From assembly GCF_001194135.2 (NCBI RefSeq), contig NC_068989.1:79509799-79554483 (forward strand): DNA of 44,685 nucleotides, given 5' to 3'. Below are positions 10,378 through 21,321 of the stretch, in pieces. Both the position numbers and the translations under genes were made by a program. The notes beneath the pieces were generated by a model. The model saw only the letters and a list, made by a program, of their open reading frames with translations, did not search any database and was not told the origin of the DNA. Source of the DNA: Octopus bimaculoides. Its lineage: Eukaryota. Each line of letters begins with the position of its first letter. Positions within the stretch are counted from its first letter, which is position 1.

Positions 10378-10560
10378 TGAAACAAGGTGGAAAACTAATA
10401 CTCGAATACCGGAGATAGAATAAAATGCTTTATTATTATTAAAGCTACAAAAACATCATGAAAATATCACAAAATCTGCTACTTAGAGTTTCAAGTTCCC
10501 GTTCGTCGGACAGTTTAAATTCTTAATCTAAACTGTCCAATACACAGGAACGTGAAACTT
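10378..10560. mobile_element. Unclassified interspersed repeat ending in an imperfect inverted repeat
   Basis: Arms 10487-10517 and 10529-10560 are complementary with about 6 mismatches over 29 bp. The block lies between microsatellites. Family assignment not possible from the sequence alone. Confidence 0.45.
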
Positions 10561-10561
10561 T

Positions 10562-10584
10562 GATAGATAGATAGATAGATAGAT

Positions 10585-10662
<78 letters not shown>
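10562..10662. repeat. (GATA)n
   Basis: Directly visible. Confidence 0.98.
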
Positions 10663-10663
<1 letters not shown>

Positions 10664-10924
10664 CGACACCAACGCCATTGAAAGTTTAAGTTGCTTCTGT
10701 ACTAAACTTTTCTTGTTGGATGGATGACTAGCAGTATCAAGTCACCCACTGCTTGCCACTAATGCTTAGCTAAGGGGTAGGATGCTGTCGTGGGCCGATA
10801 CTGCTTAACATTAGTATCGGTGCAAGCATTACTGTCAGAACACCAAGCACCTAATCAGCTACCCAAGACAATTTTCCCAACCCTCTAGCAAGTTTCGACA
10901 AAACATTTCCCCGTTTTGGTTGCT

Positions 10925-11030
10925 TCTTATCGACCGTGACAGGATGAAAGACAAAGTTCTCGATTAGATTTGAACTCAAAGTACAAAATACTGGAGGAAA
11001 TGTCGTTAGGCCGTCTACGCAAAATCCACA
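10925..11030 (-). mobile_element. SINE family A core fragment
   Basis: ttatcgaccgtgacaggatgaaagacaaagtt...gatttgaactcaaa. Confidence 0.6.
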
Positions 11031-11563
11031 AGAGCTCTGCTAATTGGCTGCCTGCACACCTAGAAAGTTGATCTTCCTAAGTCCTGATTGGAGACACGAA
11101 GGGCTAGGATGTGATTCGACTTTCTGTTGATAACTCTTTCAGCCAAACCGGTTCCAAAAGTACTGTTCTTTACTCCTTTTGACAACACGACTTCAGCTGT
11201 TTGCGAAAATACTGGTATTTGAGCTATTCCAAAATCTTCACTATCCAAGTCTTGTGTCATGGAAAGGTCCCTTCATGCAACAGATCGAGAAATGGTTGTC
11301 TCTCCTATTTTGGGCTAAGGCTTAAATTCTAACCAGTTTTCAAAGGAGGGGGGATAGACATAAAACTAATTTAGTAGTTGATGAAAGCATAGATCTCTAT
11401 ATTTCTTGAATACCCCATATAAATTACTTTCGTACCATATCCAACTTGCATTTGAACCGATAATCCTACAACCAGTATAGATAAGACAGAAACGAAAGTT
11501 GAGGCTTTCATCCAACAATAAATCGTAAAAAAGATTAAATAGAGCAGAAAAACTTTTACATAC

Positions 11564-11575
11564 CAGATAGGCCAG
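11564..11575 (-). CDS. Candidate 12-nt microexon CTGGCCTATCTG (phase 1-1, (A)GLS)
   Basis: Acceptor gctttgttttagttgtctctcttgtag, donor CTG|gtatgt; frame-preserving; fits between the phase-1 donor at 14634 and the phase-1 acceptor at 9531. Confidence 0.5.
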
Positions 11576-12044
11576 CTACAAGAGAGACAACTAAAACAAA
11601 GCATCTCCCAATGTGTCGTTGATCCATCAACTAGAGATGCTAATTACATTGAAAAGCAGCACAAGCAGTGAACGTCTTGGGTATATGTAGAGACGACATA
11701 AGAGTCGCAGAAAATTCAACACTGATGTTGGTATCACAGCATGGACTAGGTCGTAATGGTTAAAACAAACTAAACTAATCGACCTTTGACCAAAATCAAC
11801 ACCAACTCTATACTAGAGGGATAATAAGCCTAAAATGGAGGTGGACTAAATTAAATACTAGTTGATAGTCATTCCGATGCTATGTTAATTCAAAGATTTA
11901 GATTATCTCTTTTTACATGAAATTTATGTTGTCAGTATTTACTGGGTGTTATTTCCGGGTGGCAATTCTGTACTAGCCGTTAGGAAGAGAATATTTTTTT
12001 CGCCGAGTAGAATCTACAAGAAACTGCTGATTTCGAGAATTGGG

Positions 12045-12170
12045 AATGGAGTGACCCATGTTGATTAGATTGACTCCGGGGCTTGATTGTTACTTTATTT
12101 TATCGACCTCAGCAGAATGAAACATTAAGTTGGCCTTGGTAGGATTTGAACTCAGAACGTAAAAAAACAG
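12045..12170 (-). mobile_element. SINE family A, diverged
   Basis: gttgattagattgactcc...ttttatcgacctcagcagaatgaaa...ggatttgaactcagaacgtaaa. Confidence 0.7.
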
Positions 12171-14159
12171 TAGTTAAACAATATCAAGTATGTGTATACA
12201 GATCTAATAGGTCTAACAATCTACTGCCTTAGAATTTAGAATAAATTGTTAGAAAATCAAAGAACAATATTTAAAAGTCTAAATTTAATCACAGATTGAA
12301 TTACGATGGTCCACTTTGATTTACACATGAACAAGTCAGAGAAAATGAATCAGTTAAAACTATATAAAAATCCAAAATAAAGGACCGCTTCACATTTTAT
12401 TTCATATGTTACTGATGAATGATATCTATGTTTATATTCACAGTATATGCGAATATATCAGTTAAATAGTTCTAGCCTATTAATAGCTTCAGTTAGTTTG
12501 GATAGATTGGCAGTTTATTGATTGAATGAAATTGAAATTATATATAGAGTGTAAGGTTTATGATTCATTTGATAATTAGGTGAAACTCTCCCCCCTACTC
12601 CAAAATGACCAATGGAGGAATGAAGTTGTGGGTGAAACATGAATTTTAAAGGGTAAATAATGAGAAGGTTTGGTTTGATTCTGGGTATGGTATCCTTTAT
12701 GAGAGTTAATTGTAGATTTTGGCGAGACAAAAATATCAATGGAATGACTGTAACTCAAGTATAACTCAAATATCAAATGTATATGTAAAAACAATCACCG
12801 TGTTAACTGGATCGTGACTTATGACATCATAATTGAATTGAGAATATCAACAAATTCTATAATAAATCTGACGACAAAATGAAATGTAGTTTTCTTTCTT
12901 TTTTTTTCTTTTTTTTTTGTTGAATACAATAAATTGGCGAAAATCTTTATCGCAGAAATCATTCGGTTCCACATGGGATCGTTAAAAAAAAAATACAAAT
13001 AGTTGTTAAATTCTGAACTTTGATGAATTGAAATATACATAGAATTACAAATTGTTGCCAACATAAATGGATGGATGCTACAGAAGAGCTACAATGAATG
13101 ATATCGGGGAATATCTCGGAAAAGAAGTCAAGAAATTATATACAATATCAGAAGAGTTTTTATCGCTTCATTTATGTTAGTATCGATTATTTTTCCTACG
13201 ATATTTCGTCATAAATCTTTCCTCGCCTATATGAATAAGTGTTGAATGGAATAATGGCATCTGAAAATCGATTGTTCGCAATATCTTTATTGATTATGTT
13301 GTTGCCAGATCTGTTGTTATTCGCTATTTAAATATTTCCTTTACATCAACAATATAGAAAGTTTTTTAATTACCAAAATTAAATCTTGGAAGTTTCTCAT
13401 TAAAAAGAGACGAAAACAAAAAACAAAAAAAAAATCAGTAAGCATGTTCACATTATGTTCTTATCAGTTAACAGCTGGACCATGAAACAAGTTAAAATAA
13501 TGTACGTATTAGATTTTTTAAAACAATTAAATATCATACTTTAAATAACAATTAATATGACTAAAGAAAAAATAAAGATAATATATGAAAAAATATAAAT
13601 AAATAAATAAACGATAAGATTCACAGAGAATGAAAGATAAGGAAAAAATTTAGACGGATAAAGCTCTTCTGCATTAATTATAATATAAGAAAATTAATTT
13701 GTCAATGGAGCAATTTAGTTCTGCAAGGACGGACAACATAACATTGTTGAAGTCAATATGAATGCTTGAGCATAAATTTGAGTCTTTATGCCAGTGGGTA
13801 CCCTTGTGTATCACATTGTGAAACTCATTTTTGGTAGTCATAGCAATATTTCATTCCAATGCAACCTGATATTTGAATAATACATAGATATCAGTTTTAC
13901 TTCATACAGGATACCGGAAAGGAAACAAATACAAAACACACACAAAAAAAACAGCAACAGAAAAAGAACAGAAAACAAAAACAAAACAACAACAAAAGCA
14001 ACGGGAAACGAAAAAGCACAAGTGTACGGTAATATCAATATAATATTTGAAAGATGTAAGGTTTTGTAAAATATCTCGACAACCATATTTAAAGTCATAA
14101 TTTGTTTCTCTTAAAAGTTTTAAAACACATAAAGTGTTCGTCGATTTATCAACTCCAAT

Positions 14160-14376
14160 AATACATATATTAATATATANNNNNNNNNNNNNNNNNNNNN
14201 NNNNNNNNNNNNNNNNNNNNNNNNNNNNNNNNNNNNNNNNNNNNNNNNNNNNNNNNNNNNNNNNNNNNNNNNNNNNNNNNNNNNNNNNNNNNNNNNNNNN
14301 NNNNNNNNNATATATATACATACATTATATGCATATATCTATATATATGTATATATATATATATATACATATATAC

Positions 14377-14422
<46 letters not shown>

Positions 14423-14450
14423 ATGTATGTATTTATATATGTGTATACAT
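14160..14450. repeat. (TA)n/(TG)n with assembly gap 14180-14309
   Basis: Directly visible. Confidence 0.95.
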
Positions 14451-14528
14451 ATTGAAGGTGGAATGCAGTTACCATTGTTTCATGTTCATTATCACATCAC
14501 TATCTTCAGCATTAATAAGAACATAATT

Positions 14529-14534
14529 TTTATT
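14529..14534 (-). terminator. Candidate polyadenylation signal AATAAA for the read-through isoform
   Basis: AATAAA about 70 nt after the stop at 14605. AT-rich background makes a chance occurrence plausible. Confidence 0.3.
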
Positions 14535-14604
14535 GTTGAATATTCATCGTTGTTAACGTTTCATTTTTTTTTTTTGCCGTTAATAATATCGGGAGGATAA
14601 ATGT

Positions 14605-14845
14605 CTAGCCAGGTGGTTTGGTAGACATTTTACCATTTGGTGCTGTTGTTGAATTAGTACCTGGGCTTGGCCGTACAGGTTGGTGAGGATTTGTCAATGA
14701 AGCACGCTGGGTAATGGTTTGTCCGGTGGTGAGCTGACGACGTCCGGAACCGGATAATCTATTTGTAGTGGTTGTTGTTGATCTTCCTCTTTTATTGACC
14801 ATAATCATCAGGCGGGTTCTAGAAGGGCTATTTGCATTGCCACTT
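14605..14845 (-). CDS. Coding exon of the unidentified minus-strand gene ((K)SGNANSPSRTRLMIMVNKRGRSTTTTTNRLSGSGRRQLTTGQTITQRASLTNPHQPVRPSPGTNSTTAPN[GKMSTKPPG*])
   Basis: Strong acceptor ttcattctttttcatctcttatttcag; GC-richer than the flanks; only the phase-2 frame is open (79 codons to TAG at 14607-14605); internal phase-1 donors after 14661 (CAG|gtacta) and 14634 (ATG|gtaaaa). Confidence 0.68.
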
Positions 14846-15131
14846 CTGAAATAAGAGATGAAAAAGAATGAAAATTGAAAGAAAAATTGAATAAAACATT
14901 TAACTGAAACAAGAGATCAAAAGAAAAATATTTGAAGGAAAAATTAAATAAAACAATCACTTGAAAGTAAACAAGTAATTAAATTATTTCATTGTTACCA
15001 GAATATATTAAATTACAGATGAAATATTTTGAACATATTTTAACAACGTACTCTTGAGGAAGAGATAATAGATAAAAACATACAAGAATAAACTCATACT
15101 GTAAATACCAAACAAAATGAAGAAAACTCAC

Positions 15132-15171
15132 ATGTGCCACAGAAGGCTGATACTCGACAAAAGAACACAAC
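15132..15171 (-). CDS. Candidate 40-nt cassette exon (LCSFVEYQPSVAH in the phase 2 to 0 frame)
   Basis: Acceptor tttttgtattgtgtgtttgagcagcgcag, consensus donor CAT|gtgagt. Confidence 0.35.
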
Positions 15172-15349
15172 CTGCGCTGCTCAAACACACAATACAAAAA
15201 CTAATACAACAGAAGACCCAAGCCAAACCCCATAACAAAACATACTGATACAATACAGTATCCTCCCTCTCCCTCAAAAAATGCAGCACATACCACCCCA
15301 CCAGCATAAATGTGCAACATATGATGCAATAGAAAGTTGTTTGTAATTT

Positions 15350-16372
15350 TCAGATGTCTAGAAATAATGGTGGTGATGACGTTGGTGACGAACGTTACCT
15401 TACCCCAGTTTATGAGAGAGAGGAGTTCCCGCAGAAATTCTGGTTGTAACAGCGAAAATGAAGCTGGATCATTAAGGAAAGGCCTCTTCCTCACCAGTGG
15501 TTCAGTAAAGATGCAGACTGACCACAACTGTTATCCTAATACGGCAGATAATAGAGCAAGGAGATGGAAGTGAGCCAGCGAAGAAAACAGGATAGATGCA
15601 GTGATTCTTAGGAAGTGAAGCTAAAACAAAGAGCTATAGAAAACGGATGTTAACACTTTAGGTAGAGAAGGGTATGCTTTAAATGACTGAGCAGAGATTA
15701 GTTGATTAAGCTAATGCTATTAGAAGAAGAAAGTAGATGACAGAATTGGAGGTAGAAGAGATCACATGAGAACTGGGAAAGAAAGACCAGGCAGTAGGAA
15801 AGACAAACAATAACATAAGAGATACAGCTTAAACCAAAGAAGAATCTAAAGGAAAAATATAATAATAGCGCTACCAATAAGGAAGGAAGAACTAGCACTA
15901 AAGACTTAAGTGATTTAAGTGAAGAAGATCAGAAGATTTTACATGAGTTGCAGGAGGTAATGAGTAAAGAAGTAAGAAAAAGATTGCCAGCATTAAAAGG
16001 CACCAACTGAAGGAAGCTATTAGAAATGGCTAGGAAAGTAGATTCTGTTATCAGGATGATAGATGCTAAAAATATAGGAGACACTAACTTACTGATCTAT
16101 GCAGGAGGGGTAGTAGACACCAGATGATTAGTCACAGGGAAAGATTAAAAAAAGAGCAAATGTAGAAAAGGAGACTACAAAATAAAGTGAAGACTGTAAG
16201 ACAAGATCCGAGTAGAATAGAAGCCTGGAAACTGAACAAGTTAGGAAACACAAGATGCAAATCCCTCATGAAAAGATACTTAGTCAAAGAGAAAGGATTT
16301 GGGACAGTAATAGAAGAGTTGAAACAGCGTATCATAGCAGTAACAGGCAAGCTTTCCAGATATCAGAAAAGA
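15350..16372 (+). mobile_element. R4/Dong-clade LINE, decayed N-terminal (pre-RT) region
   Basis: Through stops and frameshifts: MTEQRLVD*ANAIRRRK*MTELEVEEI; LPALKG...KVDSVIRMIDAKNIGDTNLLIYAG; RRLQNKVKTVRQDPSRI...KRYLVKEKGFGTVIEELKQRIIAVTGKLSRYQKR. These match the R4/Dong N-terminal motifs TEQRLADQ, LPALK, TN.LIYAGA and IEELKQR. 5' boundary uncertain. Confidence 0.85.
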
Positions 16373-17129
16373 ATCGTAATTCCTATAAAATGGTATAATA
16401 TAAAAATAAATAGGTATTTAATTATGTTATCCATTATTTTAATTCTTCAGTTACCTAGCGTAGTCATCAATAACTGCATACATTATTATTAATTATAATA
16501 ATTTTTCAATTATTATATAATAAGGTTAATTCCTATATAAGAGCTTATCATAATGTATAAATAGATATTTGGTTGTTTTTTCTGTATTTTTATTTTTCAT
16601 GGTTGCATACGTTGTTGTGTATAATAATTCTTCAGTTATTATAAAGTAAGGCTAAATCCCATAGAAGGGTTTATTACATAAAATAAATAATTAGGTAATT
16701 AATCATTGAGACGTAAAGTATATAAGATTTTATTAAGCATTACGTAGAATTATCTGTACTTTTAATCTTTAGCATAACGTAGAATTTTTGTATGCATCTT
16801 TCGTTCTTTAGATATCCTGTGACGTCATCAATTTTAGGAGATAAATATACTCGTTTTCTACGTTATGGATTTTATGTAGATTTAAAATTGTCAAAAAATA
16901 TGGAATTAGTATGGTATTTTATATTTTGTTTTTTATAAACTAAATTAGTGTCGTCGTTCTTGGTTAAATGAATTAATGTCTGAAGTTAAATTTCGTTTGA
17001 CATTCCTTTTTGTTAGCGTTTTCTAACAAATAAAATTTTTTTTTCAGATATTCAGTTAGAAATTCACCAATTTGGATTAACTTGATAATGTTGAGTTGAC
17101 AAATTTTCGTAGATATTATTGTAAATGTT

Positions 17130-17161
17130 AATAATAATAATAATAATAATGATAATAATAA
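17130..17161. repeat. (AAT)n
   Basis: Directly visible; abuts the LINE fragment at 17162. Confidence 0.9.
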
Positions 17162-17430
17162 TGCAAAAGAAATAGACAGAGAAAATTCCCAGCAATGGTT
17201 GAGAAGCTCAGGACTCAAAGCAGAGACTGAAGGATTTTTAATTGCTGCACAAGACCAAAGCTTCCCCACCAGAAATTACCAAAAACATATAATGAAAAAA
17301 AAACATAACAAGTAACTGCAGAAGATATGGCGATGGACAAGAAACAATAAATCATATTATCTCTGGCTGCCCAGTCCTGGCTAAGAAGGAATATATTCAC
17401 AGACACGACAGAGCTGGGACCTATATACAC
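17162..17430 (+). mobile_element. R4/Dong-clade LINE fragment, CCHC zinc-knuckle region
   Basis: QWLRSSGLKAETEGFLIAAQDQSFPTRNYQKHIMKK, one frameshift in an A9 run, then NCRRYGDGQETINHIISGCPVLAKKEYIHRHD. The second Cys is mutated to Tyr. Confidence 0.92.
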
Positions 17431-17795
17431 TGTGTGAGTGCGCGCGTGTGTGTGTGTGTGTGTGTGTATGTATGTGTGAAGGAATGTGTGTCCATATATT
17501 TATGTTCATATGTATCTAGCTATTACATGTGGGTGTATTAGTGTGTGAGTGCGTGTGAGTGTGTGTGAGTGTGTGAGTGCATGAGTGTGTGTGTAGGAAT
17601 GTGTGTCTATATATTTATGTTCATATGTATCTAGCTATTATGTATGGGTATATGAGTGTGTAAGTGCGTGTGTGTGTGTTTGTGAGTGCGTGAGTGCGTG
17701 AGTGTCTGCGTGTGTAGGAATGTGTGTCTATATATTTATGTTCGTATGTATCTAGCTATTGTGTGTGTGAGTGCGTGTGTGTGTGTATGCGTATG
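17431..17795. repeat. Minisatellite: three copies of a 44-bp core separated by variable (GT/GAGT)n spacers
   Basis: Core ggaatgtgtgtctatatatttatgttcatatgtatctagctatt starts at 17481, 17596 and 17717. Confidence 0.9.
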
Positions 17796-18196
17796 TAACC
17801 ACACTCGAAAAACATACAAACCAGTGTAAAAACTCATGAATGTTTAAAGGTTAGCTTTATGAAAGAACTACACGCGATGCTTACCGGTCATATAACATTT
17901 ATTGACACGCAAACAATTTCTATTAGGAAGACATGTATTATGACCGAATTAAATATAGAGTTGCGTAAATAAACGAACAGAGACGAGGTTATCACTGTAG
18001 ATTTGATATTCTGAAGGAACGGGAATACCCTGAAATAAGTTATATTTAACAACTGATGCTTTCCTGTTCGATCGACAATGTATCTTTGTAGAAAGGAAAC
18101 TAGAACCGTTCGTTGAAACCACACAGAGTAGTTGTTAAAGAATAGCGTTGTATGTGTGAGCATGCGCGTATGTATGGGCACTGATCTAGCACATGA

Positions 18197-18372
18197 GTAT
18201 ATATATATATATATATATATATANNNNNNNNNNNNNNNNNNNNNNNNNNNNNNNNNNNNNNNNNNNNNNNNNNNNNNNNNNNNNNNNNNNNNNNNNNNNN
18301 NNNNNNNNNNNNNNNNNNNNNNNNNNNNNNNNNNNNNNNNNNNNNNNNNNNNATATATATATATATATATAC
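18197..18372. repeat. (TA)n with assembly gap 18224-18352
   Basis: Directly visible. Confidence 0.97.
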
Positions 18373-18949
18373 GTGTGTCTCTATGAGTGTTAGTGTATCT
18401 ATAAGACGAGAGGAAAACTGACATGTTTTATATATATATACAAACGAAATGAATGTAAAAATACGATGCATATCTATCCTAAGTGTGTGTGAGTGCGCGC
18501 GCGCGTGTGCACCTGCCGACTCTGTGCTGACACCGTTAAATGTAAACTGCGGTTAGCAAATATAAAAGAAAACCTAATGATAAGGAAACGAACTGGAAAA
18601 CTCCCCCACGGTCAAGCCACATTCCGCATTGAGCGCGTACAAGTGAAACCAAGAGGTCGCCCTCAATAATTACAAAATCGCAGTAGGTTACAATTCAAGC
18701 ACTACGTAAAGAGAAAAAAAATTGAACCTGGCAAAGAAAGGGCGTTTTAGCTATATCATCCGTCAGCATCAATACTTTAAGATTGTGGCGAATCATTGCA
18801 TTTTCATAAGGAAAATACACTTTTAAAAAGACCACAGGTTTCGCTAACTTATTCAATATCGCGCCTGACAGGATCTTTGTTCATGAAGCTCACATTGCAC
18901 ACATGTACTTTCAGTTTCAGTTTCACTGTACGATGTCTAGAGTAAGTAA

Positions 18950-19275
18950 GTGTCTTAGCCTTGGATCGAGCAAGCTTTGTGAGTGAATTTCGTGATCGCA
19001 AAACCCGTGGCAGCTCGATGTATATGCACATATTTGTGTATGTGCGTGTGTGTGTGAGAGTGAGTGTGAGAGTGAGTGTGAGTGAATCTATGTATTTATG
19101 CTTATCCCCCAGCCAGTCTTAGTTTGTTACATCTCTGTAGCATAACGGTTCGGCAAAAGAAAGCGAGAAAATGAATCCGAATCTTAAAAAAAAAAAATAA
19201 GTGTTGGAGGTCAATTTGTTCCATTAGACACTTCAGGACAATTCTCTTGAATGGCTACAGCGCAATAAGTGTTTA
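18950..19275 (+). mobile_element. SINE family B, diverged, with internal (GT)n
   Basis: gctttgtgagtgaattt ... cataacggttcggcaaaagaaagcgagaaaat ... ggaggtcaatttg. Confidence 0.7.
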
Positions 19276-19452
19276 CAAGTAGAATGATGAATGGTAACGA
19301 TGGTAGCCAAGCAATAAACTTGTGTTTCAGAAATACGACAGTGTTACAGAGTAATAAAAGCGCTTTAACGTGATACTAACGTCAACAATAAAATCTGTTC
19401 GATGTGAAGAATGCTGGCAAGAACTCCAAACTAGAAAGAGAGTAAAATCTCG

Positions 19453-19497
<45 letters not shown>

Positions 19498-19600
19498 CGC
19501 GCGCACACACACACAATACACACATACATACGCACGCATATATTCTTTTACATGTTTCAGTCATTTGACTGCGGCCATGGTAGAGCACCGCCTTATAATT
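19453..19600 (-). mobile_element. (CA)n plus a SINE family B 3'-end stub
   Basis: ttcttttacatgtttcagtcatttgactgcggccatggtagagcaccgcctt at about 19542-19594. Confidence 0.8.
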
Positions 19601-19980
19601 ACATACATACATAATGATGCCGTCTACATTGGACATGTAGGTGTAAAAGACTGTTTAAAAAGTCCGTTTTGAACGCCTTCATCTAAAAATCTGCTGACTT
19701 CTCCAGCCTAAATTGGTAACTGGTTTATTTTTCCAATAATTATTATAAGGCCGAATTGCCATAAACTACCGTAATTCTGTGAGAAACGGTTGCCATTTTC
19801 ATGGCCTACGCATAAAACTACCCTTGAAAACGTTATTCTCATATCTGTAGTCGAAATAATGTTAATTTTTGTTGTACAGTGTAATTAATAAGAGAAACAT
19901 CTTTTACTACCATCGTAGCGCTATCCTGAACAGATTTTAAAATATACATCTACACTACGTGGTATCTCGCTAACACGATC

Positions 19981-21115
19981 ATGGCTGAAACTATCACCAC
20001 CACGGATAAAACAACGTCACCAACGATGAAAGCTGTACTACTTCACCAGTAAGTTATTTAAGAAGACATAAGTGCTTTTCTCATTTTAATTGAACTCAAC
20101 AACTAAGCCAAAATTTATTTCGGTACTATGAAAAATCCCAACATGGCCCTACAATCGGATACATGAAGCGATTAAAACAATACTGGAACGAAGCTTATCC
20201 CAACTTAAATACCTTCACGGCGAAACCGTTCCGACAACAAGCATGTGTTCTAAAAAAAACAAAAAAAGAAAGCACATCAACTGGTCCTCGATCCTCCCAA
20301 AACACTGAAAATGGGTCGAAATCTGCCAGTAGTGACGTAAAAAATAATGGAAACAAACCAGCACTCCTGCCATCGCTAAATTCGAGTGTCTCCAAATTTA
20401 GCTGACTCAGTAGCGAAGACTGCGGAATACATCCGTCACAAAAACATTTTAAAATTACAATTCGCAAAAAAATTTCTATTTTCTCGAAGCTTTCGTTGAA
20501 CAAAAGACTATTCCCAATACGAATAAGAAAAAAATCCAACCGATCTAATATTTAAGGTTATCAACAATGTTGCTGGAGAGCACATGGAATCACGTGAAGT
20601 TAATTACTGGAATATTAATACTCATATACACAGCTGCTATTATTCTTAAAGAACACCTAGGAGAAATCTACGGTGAATAAAGTAACGAAATTACTAAACA
20701 GAAACAACCTAGATGGAAAACAAAACTTAAAGAAAACGTCAACAATGTGCGCCGGCATATTGGATGGTTAACTACAACAATAAAATGTAAGGAGAAAATG
20801 TTATCCCTCACTACCTTTACCTTAGACAAAAATTAACGAAACTTTATGGCAACTTTTCTCACCCAGCTCTTGAGGCAAAGCTGATCACTTTAAAAAATGA
20901 ACTCAGGACGATGAGCGAGAAACTCTGCTATCACATGCGAATCTATGAGCGAGCCAGTATCAATCGCAAGTTTGTTTCCAACCCACAAATATTATACAAA
21001 GAGATGAGGAAGGAAAATATTACCATTAAGAGAGCTCCCTCCCAAGAAGATCTACAATCATTCTGGTGAAAAATTTGAAACGAAAAGAGGGAATAAATTT
21101 GGCATGCAGCAGTTT
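19981..21115 (+). mobile_element. R4/Dong-clade LINE (second subfamily), decayed N-terminal region
   Basis: GYMKRLKQYWNEAYPNLNTFTAKPFRQQA; WNIN/LIYTAAIILKEHL...KQPRWKTKLKENVNNVRRHIG; KLYG...LKNELRTMSEKL...INRKFVSNPQILYKEMR...PSQEDLQSFW*KI*. The motif order fits the pre-RT region of R4-clade ORFs. Confidence 0.8.
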
Positions 21116-21219
21116 CCGGTAGTGTTTATAGGTTCATTACTGATAGTTTTACTCAATTGTCTATTGATCAGTTCAAAAAAATTGACCGACCTAAAGAATT
21201 AGTGTTACTTTTGTCAGAG

Positions 21220-21261
<42 letters not shown>

Positions 21262-21321
21262 CAATTATATATATATATTATATAAAAACAATTAATTTAT
21301 TTACATTATATTGATAAATTG

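Noticed and set aside
13190-13262. Acceptor gattttcag followed by short open frames
   Set aside because: No good donor and early stops; illustrates the chance rate of exon-like signals in this AT-rich DNA.
17481-17760. CRISPR-like repeat-spacer appearance
   Set aside because: Eukaryotic context, spacers are simple (GT)n variants rather than unique sequence, and there are no cas genes.
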